Shown here piece after piece: positions 25,718 to 32,000 of a stretch of DNA of 32,000 bases. The translations under genes and the position numbers were made by a program. Under the pieces are notes generated by a model. The model did not search any database. It saw nothing but the letters and a program-made list of their open reading frames with translations, and was not told the DNA's origin. The DNA comes from Candidatus Methylomirabilis oxygeniifera (GTDB taxonomy: Bacteria > Methylomirabilota > Methylomirabilia > Methylomirabilales > Methylomirabilaceae). The stretch lies in the NCBI GenBank assembly GCA_000091165.1, contig FP565575.1, positions 2,550,001-2,582,000 of the forward strand, written 5' to 3'. Numbering within the stretch: position 1 is the first letter of the stretch; each line of letters starts with the position of its first letter.

Positions 25718-26794
25718 ATGTTATCGAGGATGAATGTCTCGCCAGAGGGAACCGCACTATTAACCTTAGTAAGGGCCGCCCTGTCGGAATCTCCCCTCGA
25801 GACGGAAAGTTTACCCTCTGCTCTCGATTGGAATACTGTTCTACAATTGGCTCGTCACCATCGACTTGAGCCGTTGCTCCATTACGGTCTCCGGCATACC
25901 GGGTTCACGGACATCCCGAACAGGGTTCGCGCAGAGTGGGAGATGCGGCGTCGCATGTCGATCGTCAGTAGCATGTATCATCAGGCGGCCCTCAACGACA
26001 TCGCGGCGGCGTTCGGGGATCGCGGCGTCCCGTTTGTTCTCTTGAAGGGCGAAGGGCTTTCAAGGGCGCTATATCCCCAAGAGGGTTTGCGCCCCTATGG
26101 TGACATCGATCTGCTCGTTCGACCGGAAACCTACGAGATGGCAAAGGTGATTCTGATGGGGCTGGGATTTCGGCTCCGACGGGCTGCCAAGGAGGCGGAA
26201 AGGCTCCGTCTGTTCGGAGAAATTGAGTTCGATAGAGAGGGTCCCATAACCGTAACGGTGGACCTCCACTGGAACACGTTGATGACCTCCTGGGAGCCTC
26301 GATCTCTGCTCACCGATAACGAGACGTGGGCCTCCCTTGGTCACGTTCGTCTGGGGAATCGTACCATACCGATTCTCAAAGGAGAAGCCCTCCTGATCTA
26401 CCTCTGCGTTCATTTCGCCTTTCATCACGTATTTGATGGGTTGTTGCTGCTTTGCGATCTCTATCTGATTCTCAGGCGCTATGCTGAAAGGACCGACTGG
26501 GATCGCCTCATTGCGATGACCGACCGATATCAATGTCGGCATGCGCTCTATTATTCCCTCTTCTTTGTCAAATCGCTCATGGAGGCCCCTGTGCCGAATC
26601 CCATTCTCGATTCGTTGCGGCCAAACGCGATGATCCGGGTCCTTATGCCGACCACTCGGATGCTCCTTCGAGATAGCTTGACCCCACAGATGCTGGAACG
26701 GTATGTGAAGCTTCTCTTGATCGATACTCAGAGGGGGCGTTGGCGGGCGCTACAGGCCTGGCTTCGATCCAGCAAACAACTGTTCGGTAGGTGA
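25718..26794 (+). CDS. Nucleotidyltransferase-family protein (NTP_transf_5 / PF14907-like), divergent paralogue
   Basis: 358 aa; VLLKGEGLSRALYPQEGLRPYGDIDLLVRPETYEMAKVILMGLGF matches the motif and layout of 20642-21910. Confidence 0.78.
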   Translation: MLSRMNVSPEGTALLTLVRAALSESPLETESLPSALDWNTVLQLARHHRLEPLLHYGLRHTGFTDIPNRVRAEWEMRRRMSIVSSMYHQAALNDIAAAFGDRGVPFVLLKGEGLSRALYPQEGLRPYGDIDLLVRPETYEMAKVILMGLGFRLRRAAKEAERLRLFGEIEFDREGPITVTVDLHWNTLMTSWEPRSLLTDNETWASLGHVRLGNRTIPILKGEALLIYLCVHFAFHHVFDGLLLLCDLYLILRRYAERTDWDRLIAMTDRYQCRHALYYSLFFVKSLMEAPVPNPILDSLRPNAMIRVLMPTTRMLLRDSLTPQMLERYVKLLLIDTQRGRWRALQAWLRSSKQLFGR

Positions 26795-26899
26795 CAGAAG
26801 CCCCGTATCCGACTCATCCCGCAACAACAGAATAGGTTTGGAATGGTTCGGAGTAGGCAGGCAGGCGTTGTGCTGTCCGGAACACTGCAGAGGTTGGGC

Positions 26900-26928
26900 T
26901 TGACTCGAATCCGCGTATTTCCTATACT
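26900..26928 (+). promoter_or_regulatory. Strong sigma70-type promoter 220 nt upstream of glpX
   Basis: TTGACT (26900-26905), 17-nt spacer, TATACT (26923-26928). Confidence 0.55.
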
Positions 26929-26933
26929 TCTGT

Positions 26934-26956
26934 GGGTTTTACGGGTGTGGGGCGGG
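26934..26956 (+). repeat. G-quadruplex-type motif at the predicted 5' end of the glpX leader
   Basis: GGG-ttttac-GGG-tgt-GGGG-c-GGG, starting 6 nt after the -10 box. Confidence 0.7.
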
Positions 26957-27031
26957 AGTGAACAGAAACGAGCGACTCGCGGCTTCGGACTAGCACCCCC
27001 CATGCGCCGCCGCCACTCCACGGCATACAAA

Positions 27032-27117
27032 CCCCCCCAACCCCCCTTTAGCAAAGGGGGGGACCAGAGCGGGGGATTTCTCTGAAGCTGACGGCTGAGT
27101 GCTGATAGCTGACTGCT
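27032..27117 (+). repeat. Composite leader element: C-run, C6TTT/AAAG6 hairpin, G5-T-rich tract, heptamer array
   Basis: C7 (27032-27038), CCCCCCTTT-agc-AAAGGGGGG (27041-27061), GGGGGATTTCTCT (27071-27083), then GAAGCT GACGGCT GAGTGCT GATAGCT GACTGCT (27084-27117). It is collinear with the thrB-sense element at 18719-18793. Confidence 0.85.
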
Positions 27118-27147
27118 ATTCCCCGAGCAGCAGAGAAGAGAGAGACG

Positions 27148-28110
27148 ATGGACCGGAACCTGGCGCTTGAGTTGGTGCGGGCGACTGAGATGGCTGCCAT
27201 TTCGTCGGCTCGCTGGATGGGACTGGGTAATCCGAGCGCGGCTGAACAGGCTGCGATTGACGCCATGCGCCACGCGTTCGACAATGTGAGCTTCAGGGGT
27301 TCCATCGTGATCGGAAAGGGCGAGCGCGGTACGGCCCCAACTCTCTATGTCGGAGAGGTCCTTGGCCAGGGCGACGCCCCCGAGGTGGACATAGCACTTG
27401 ACGCCGTTGAAAGCGGGGCGATCGTGGCTCATGGCCGTCCGAATGCCATCTCAGTCATTGCCGCCGCCGAGAAGGGATTGCTGCGCCAAGTGCCGGATGC
27501 CCACATGGAAAAGATCGCGGTTGGGCCCAAGGCGGCCGGCGCGATCGATATCACTGCTCCCCCCGAGAAGAATCTTCGGGCCATTGCTGAAGCGATGAAC
27601 TGTTCTGTCGAAGATATTACGGTGGTCATCCTTGACCGACCCCGTCATGCCGACCTGGTGAGACAGATCCGTGGAATCGGTGCGCGCATTAAACTGATTC
27701 AGGATGGCGACCTCGCTGCCACCGTGGCTGTGGCATTTGAAGGAACAGGTGTCGATGTCCTTATGGGGGTCGGAGGGGCGCGAGAAGGTGCGCTTGCGGC
27801 GACGGCGCTTCAGTGTATTGGAGGCGACATGCAGGGTCGCCTGAAGCCGCTGACGGAGGAGGAGGCGGAGCAAGCGCTGAGAATGGGGATCCGGGATCTG
27901 GACCGGGTCTTTACGATCTCCGATCTGACCGGAGGGGGAGATCTCGACATCATGTTTGCCGCAACCGGGGTGACCGATGGTGATCTCCTGAAGGGAGTTC
28001 GTTTCTTCGGTGGGGGCGCCCAGACCCACTCCCTCGTCATGCGCTCGAGGTCCGCAACCGTCCGCTTCATCGAATCAACCCACCGTTTCGACCGGAAGAC
28101 GGTTTCATAG
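27148..28110 (+). CDS. glpX: Class II fructose-1,6-bisphosphatase (GlpX family)
   Basis: 320 aa; LALELVRATEMAAISSARWMGLG, DIALDAVEG-like metal site, GVGGAREGALAA, all typical of GlpX. Confidence 0.93.
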   Translation: MDRNLALELVRATEMAAISSARWMGLGNPSAAEQAAIDAMRHAFDNVSFRGSIVIGKGERGTAPTLYVGEVLGQGDAPEVDIALDAVESGAIVAHGRPNAISVIAAAEKGLLRQVPDAHMEKIAVGPKAAGAIDITAPPEKNLRAIAEAMNCSVEDITVVILDRPRHADLVRQIRGIGARIKLIQDGDLAATVAVAFEGTGVDVLMGVGGAREGALAATALQCIGGDMQGRLKPLTEEEAEQALRMGIRDLDRVFTISDLTGGGDLDIMFAATGVTDGDLLKGVRFFGGGAQTHSLVMRSRSATVRFIESTHRFDRKTVS

Positions 28111-28135
28111 GCCCGCATTGAGCATCGCGTTAATT

Positions 28136-28170
28136 AGCCTTCAGCCTTCAGCCTTCAACCTTCAGCTCTC
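28136..28170 (+). repeat. Heptamer array AGCCTTC x3, AACCTTC, AGCTCTC abutting the hisS start
   Basis: Five exact-period 7-nt units ending 3 nt before ATG 28174. They are in the opposite orientation to the GCTGANN arrays. Confidence 0.9.
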
Positions 28171-28173
28171 CGC

Positions 28174-29433
28174 ATGAAACTAAAGGGTGTACGAGGGGCG
28201 CCGGATCTCTTACCTCAGGAGTCCGCAAGATGGCAGCGCGCAGAAGCGACAACCCGCTCGCTGCTGCAACGGTACGGCTACGCGGAAATCCGGACCCCTG
28301 CCTTCGAACGAACAGAGCTGTTTGTTCGCGGTATCGGTGAAGGAACCGACATTGTTGAGAAAGAGATGTATACCTTTACCGACCAGGGTGACGTCAGCCT
28401 CACGCTCCGGCCCGAAGGAACCGCACCGGTTGTCAGAGCCTACCTCGAACATCAAATAGCCGCTCAGTGTCCCCTGGTCAAGGTCTACTACCTGGGCCCG
28501 ATGTTCCGTCGGGAACGGCCGCAATCCGGACGATACCGGCAGTTCCACCAGATCGGCGTCGAGGCGATCGGCTCCGACCAGCCGACGGTGGATGCGGAGG
28601 TGATCGATCTCCTGTGGGCGCTCATGGTGCAGGAGTTCCGGATTCCCGATCTACAGCTTCGCCTCAACTCAATCGGCGATGCCGCCTGTCGGCCCACGAT
28701 CCGGGATCGCCTCTCTCGCTATATGGCGGATCGGTCGTCGGAGCTCTGTCCGGATTGTCAGGGGAGGCTGAAGCGCAATCCGCTCCGGATTATGGACTGC
28801 AAGCAGGAGGGCTGTCAGCGCCTGGTCGCGGAGGCGCCGAAGCCGCTTGAGAGCCTCTGTGAAGCCTGCGCCGCGCATTTTGCTGAGGTTCGGGGTCTGC
28901 TGGATCTTCTGAAGATCCCCTATACCATCGATGAGCGACTGGTCCGCGGCCTTGAATATTATACGAAAACGGCCTTCGAGATGATCAACCCTCGCCTCGG
29001 CGCTCAGAATGCCTTGGCCGGCGGCGGACGCTATGACGGCCTGATCGAATCGATGGGTGGACCCTCTACCCCGGCGATGGGGTTCGCAGTGGGGTTGGAG
29101 CGAGTCATGGCCTCGCTTCCGGAGACCTCGGAGGAGAGCGCCCTGCATGGGGTCTACGTTGCTACTATAGGGCAGGCGGCGCAGCGGACCGGGATGGGGC
29201 TCCTGCAGGAACTGCGTCGTCGCGGCATACGGGGTCTGATGGACCTCGAGGCGCGCAGCCTCAAGGGCCAGATGCGCCAGGCCAATAAGGAGCGGGTTCG
29301 CTACTGCCTGATCATGGGCGATGAAGAGCTCGGGCGAGGCCAGACGACGCTGCGGGATATGGTCAAGGCCGACCAGACTTCCGTGGCGCTGGATCGGATT
29401 GTCGAATGCCTGATTGGACTGGAGGGGATATGA
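28174..29433 (+). CDS. hisS: Histidine--tRNA ligase
   Basis: 419 aa; GVRGAPDLLPQESARWQ...YGYAEIRTPAFERTELF, class II motifs (YYLGPMFRRERPQSGRYRQFHQIG, GGGRYDGL). Confidence 0.95.
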   Translation: MKLKGVRGAPDLLPQESARWQRAEATTRSLLQRYGYAEIRTPAFERTELFVRGIGEGTDIVEKEMYTFTDQGDVSLTLRPEGTAPVVRAYLEHQIAAQCPLVKVYYLGPMFRRERPQSGRYRQFHQIGVEAIGSDQPTVDAEVIDLLWALMVQEFRIPDLQLRLNSIGDAACRPTIRDRLSRYMADRSSELCPDCQGRLKRNPLRIMDCKQEGCQRLVAEAPKPLESLCEACAAHFAEVRGLLDLLKIPYTIDERLVRGLEYYTKTAFEMINPRLGAQNALAGGGRYDGLIESMGGPSTPAMGFAVGLERVMASLPETSEESALHGVYVATIGQAAQRTGMGLLQELRRRGIRGLMDLEARSLKGQMRQANKERVRYCLIMGDEELGRGQTTLRDMVKADQTSVALDRIVECLIGLEGI

Positions 29434-31211
29434 GCGCGAGCGTGGGGCGCCTCAAACGGACGGGGCACTGCGGTCTGTTGCGATCGCCTGATGTGGGGAA
29501 GTCTGTTGTGCTGATGGGCTGGGTGCATCGGCGACGTGACCATGGCGGCCTCGTCTTTATCGATCTTCGGGATCGCGAAGGGATTACCCAGACGGTCTTT
29601 AACCCCGAGTTTCATCCGGAGGCCCACGAGGTGGCCCGACGGATGCGTGCCGAATTTGTGGTAGCGATCAGCGGCAGGGTTCAGCTACGTCCGCCGGGAA
29701 CCGAGAATACTCTGCTGCCCACCGGGGCGATTGAGATCGTTGCGGAAGAGGCGCAGATTCTGAACGAAGCCAAGCCGCCGGTCTTCCCGATTGAGGAGCA
29801 GACAGATGTGGCTGAGGAGATTCGGCTGACATATCGATACTTGGATCTCCGTCGCCCGTCGATGCTGTACAATCTGCGCCTGCGTCACAAGGTGACCCAG
29901 GCGGCCCACAGCTATCTGGACCGACACGGATTTATAGAGGTAGAAACCCCTATGCTGACCCGGAGTACGCCGGAAGGGGCCAGAGACTATCTCGTGCCAA
30001 GCCGACTGAACCCCGGGGAGTTCTACGCCCTGCCGCAGTCGCCCCAGCTCTTCAAGCAGCTTCTCATGGTCGCGGGGATCGATCGGTACTATCAGATCGT
30101 CAAATGCTTTCGGGATGAGGATCTGCGAGCCGACCGGCAACCGGAGTTTACGCAGATCGACCTTGAGATGTCGTTTGTCGATCGGGACGATGTGCTCGAG
30201 GTAACGGAAGGGCTGGTAGTGGCGCTCTTTGAAGCGGCCGGCAAATCTTCTCTGCCCCGGCCCTTCCCGCGACTGACGTATGCCGAGGCGATCGACCGGT
30301 TCGGTCTCGATACGCCGGACACTCGATTCGGGATGGAGCTTGCCGATCTGACCGAGCTATTGTGCGGGGTCGAGGCTAAGGCGTTCGCCGAGCCGATTGC
30401 GCAAGGCGGTGTGGTGAGGGGGATGAACGTTAAAGGGTGCGGCGCATTCTCCAGGACGCAGATCGATGGACTGGTCGACTACGCCAAGGGAGTTGGAGCG
30501 AAAGGCCTGGCCTGGTTCAAGGTGTCCGCGGATGGGCTTCAATCGCCGTTGGCCAAATTCCTCGGGCCGATCATCCTCGAACGCCTGGCTGAGCGACTGA
30601 AAGGGGAGGAGGGGGATCTGCTGTTGCTGGTCGCTGATCAGGCCAAGACGGCGGCTGAGACACTGGGTCGTCTTCGAGTGAAATTGGGCCACGAACTGAA
30701 GCTGATCGACGAGAGCGCGCTGGCGGTCACGTGGGTCATCGACTTCCCGCTCCTTGAATATGATCGCGAGCAAGGGCGGTGGCAGGCGATGCATCACCCC
30801 TTTACGGCGCCGATGGACGAGGATCTGCCGCTCTTTGACACCGATCCCGGACGAATCCGCGCCAAGGCCTATGACCTGGTTGTCAACGGGCAGGAGCTGG
30901 GTGGTGGCAGCATCAGGATCCACCGCCGGGACGTGCAGAGCCGGATGTTCGCCGCGCTGGGAATCGGCGCGGAAGAGGCAAGGGCGAAGTTCGGGTTTCT
31001 CATGGACGCACTCGAGTACGGCGCTCCACCCCATGGCGGGCTGGCCTTCGGGTTCGATCGAGTCATCGCGCTGCTCGCGGGGGCTGCCTCGATCCGGGAT
31101 GTTATCGCCTTCCCCAAGACCCAAAAAGCGGTGGACCTGATGACGCAAGCCCCCTCGCCGGTCGACGCAAGGCAGTTGAGGGAGCTGAGCATCAAATTGG
31201 ATCTGGACTGA
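29430..31211 (+). CDS. aspS: Aspartate--tRNA ligase (bacterial type)
   Basis: ATG 29430 overlaps the hisS stop (ATGA) and follows GGAGGGG; the ORF track begins at 29406. 593 aa; OB fold VVLMGWVHRRRDHGGLVFIDLRDREG, QSPQLFKQLLM, FRDEDLRADRQPEFTQID, GGGSIRIH, GLAFGFDR. Confidence 0.95.
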   Translation: MSASVGRLKRTGHCGLLRSPDVGKSVVLMGWVHRRRDHGGLVFIDLRDREGITQTVFNPEFHPEAHEVARRMRAEFVVAISGRVQLRPPGTENTLLPTGAIEIVAEEAQILNEAKPPVFPIEEQTDVAEEIRLTYRYLDLRRPSMLYNLRLRHKVTQAAHSYLDRHGFIEVETPMLTRSTPEGARDYLVPSRLNPGEFYALPQSPQLFKQLLMVAGIDRYYQIVKCFRDEDLRADRQPEFTQIDLEMSFVDRDDVLEVTEGLVVALFEAAGKSSLPRPFPRLTYAEAIDRFGLDTPDTRFGMELADLTELLCGVEAKAFAEPIAQGGVVRGMNVKGCGAFSRTQIDGLVDYAKGVGAKGLAWFKVSADGLQSPLAKFLGPIILERLAERLKGEEGDLLLLVADQAKTAAETLGRLRVKLGHELKLIDESALAVTWVIDFPLLEYDREQGRWQAMHHPFTAPMDEDLPLFDTDPGRIRAKAYDLVVNGQELGGGSIRIHRRDVQSRMFAALGIGAEEARAKFGFLMDALEYGAPPHGGLAFGFDRVIALLAGAASIRDVIAFPKTQKAVDLMTQAPSPVDARQLRELSIKLDLD

Positions 31212-31230
31212 AAAGCAGCGTTGAACTGTT

Positions 31231-31258
31231 AGCCTTCAGCTTTCAGCAATAAGCCGAT
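31231..31258 (+). repeat. Heptamer array AGCCTTC AGCTTTC AGCAATA AGCCGAT after aspS
   Basis: Four 7-nt units starting 20 nt after the aspS stop, decaying into GCT-rich sequence. Confidence 0.7.
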
Positions 31259-31290
31259 CGCTGGCTGCCGGCGGCTCACTGCTGTCGCTG

Positions 31291-31319
31291 TTGACAGGGC
31301 TACGTGACCGGCATATGCT
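31291..31319 (+). promoter_or_regulatory. Sigma70-type promoter for phoH
   Basis: TTGACA (31291-31296), 17-nt spacer, TATGCT (31314-31319). Confidence 0.55.
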
Positions 31320-31344
31320 GAATGTAGATCAAGGAGCGGCTTAT

Positions 31345-31415
31345 AGCTGTCAGCCTTCAGCGGCAAGAGGGTTGTATGTTGCTGATCGCTGAGAGCTGAA
31401 CGCTGAATGATGAGT
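31345..31415 (+). repeat. Inverted pair of heptamer arrays in the phoH leader
   Basis: AGCTGTC AGCCTTC AGCGGCA (31345-31365) faces GCTGATC GCTGAGA GCTGAAC GCTGAAT GATGAGT (31381-31415). UCAGCCUUCAGC can pair with GCUGAUCGCUGA as 5+5 bp around a 2x2 internal loop. Confidence 0.75.
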
Positions 31416-31429
31416 AGCGAAGTGGGGAG

Positions 31430-32000
31430 ATGATAAGGGAGCAGATTCGACCGGAAAAGAAGGTCTCCCTGCCTATCGGGGAAGAGATCCAACAACTGTT
31501 TGGGCGTAAGGATGAGGTCAGGAAGCTCATCGAAGAGGCGTTACAGGTCAAGTTGGTTGCGCGAGACGGCCTCGTCAGCATCCAGGGCGAGGCGGCAGAT
31601 GTGACGGTGGGGGAGCAGGTTGTATCGGAGCTGATCTCACAACTGACGCGCGGCGAGCGCGTGACACCGCAGGACGTCAAACTGGTCCTTCGGCTCTTTA
31701 TGAGGAAAGACGAGGAGGAGTTCAAGCGAATCCAGGGTGAGGTGATCGAGGTTTCGTCAAAAAAGCGGCCGGTCCGGCCAAAAGGTCCCGGCCAGCGATG
31801 GTACATCGAGGCAATCCGCCATCACGACATTGTCTTCGCCATCGGGCCGGCCGGGACCGGCAAGACCTATCTGGCGATGGCGATGGCTGTGTCGGCGCTC
31901 TTAAAACACGAGGTCAATCGGATTATCCTGACCAGGCCCGCCGTAGAAGCGGGGGAAAAATTAGGTTTTCTTCCCGGCACGCTCTACGAAAAGATTAACC
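31430..32000 (+). CDS. phoH: PhoH-family ATPase (3' end outside window)
   Basis: Open to the window end. Contains LFGRKDEVRKLIEEALQVKLVARDG..., Walker A GPAGTGKTYLAMAMAV and RIILTRPAVEAGEKLGFLPG. ATG 31430 is the only in-frame start after the TAG at 31415-31417. Confidence 0.9.
   Translation, partial: MIREQIRPEKKVSLPIGEEIQQLFGRKDEVRKLIEEALQVKLVARDGLVSIQGEAADVTVGEQVVSELISQLTRGERVTPQDVKLVLRLFMRKDEEEFKRIQGEVIEVSSKKRPVRPKGPGQRWYIEAIRHHDIVFAIGPAGTGKTYLAMAMAVSALLKHEVNRIILTRPAVEAGEKLGFLPGTLYEKIN

Noticed and set aside
20642-26794. Calling the accessory block a lasso-peptide biosynthetic cluster.
   Set aside because: PqqD, HPr-like kinase and nucleotidyltransferase are lasso-associated tailoring parts. 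But there is no asparagine-synthetase-like cyclase, no transglutaminase-like leader peptidase, no ABC transporter and no credible precursor ORF. It is reported as an orphan tailoring cassette instead.
26728-27432. 234-aa minus-strand ORF, and the 80-aa plus-strand ORF (26843-27085), covering the glpX leader.
   Set aside because: Both run through the repeat element and promoter, and the first is antisense to the glpX 5' end. Composition is repeat-driven (PPLLKGGWGG).
28136-28170. Heptamer arrays as a CRISPR array or other spacer-repeat system.
   Set aside because: The units are 7 nt with no intervening unique spacers, the arrays are only 20-35 nt long, and there are no cas genes. They are short tandem repeats.

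Overview
Chromosomal segment of a GC-rich bacterium (about 60% GC by eye, not computed). The taxon cannot be assigned from this window alone. The window opens with parA (partial), parB and a near-consensus parS site, so it is probably origin-proximal. Most of it is ordinary housekeeping. In order: a DUF4013-like membrane protein; cysteine desulfurase and mnmA; an F-type ATP synthase operon lacking the a and c subunit genes (atpI-like, atpF, H, A, G, D, C) that runs straight into a type I-beta DAHP synthase; ridA; uvrC; typA/bipA; an FKBP lipoprotein; thrB; proC-yggT-yggU; and glpX-hisS-aspS-phoH (partial). The one clearly accessory block is 20.6-26.8 kb. It is a tightly overlapping five-gene minus-strand operon: GT4 glycosyltransferase, a PqqD-like protein with a 59-aa tail, an HPr-kinase-related P-loop kinase, a GT2 glycosyltransferase and an NTP_transf_5-like nucleotidyltransferase. 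A second nucleotidyltransferase paralogue is transcribed divergently. The block resembles the recognition and tailoring half of a RiPP-type pathway, as in phosphorylated or glycosylated lasso peptides, but has no cyclase, protease, exporter or visible precursor. It is my best candidate for an uncharacterised system. The non-coding DNA is also unusual. Three motif types recur in 5' leaders and intra-operon spacers: 7-nt-periodic arrays (GCTGANN)n, C-run/G-run hairpins (C5-7 TTT..AAA G5-7), and G-tract heptamer repeats of G-quadruplex type. They include a roughly 90-nt composite element shared by the thrB and glpX leaders. I recognised no rRNA, tRNA, CRISPR array, transposase or integrase.
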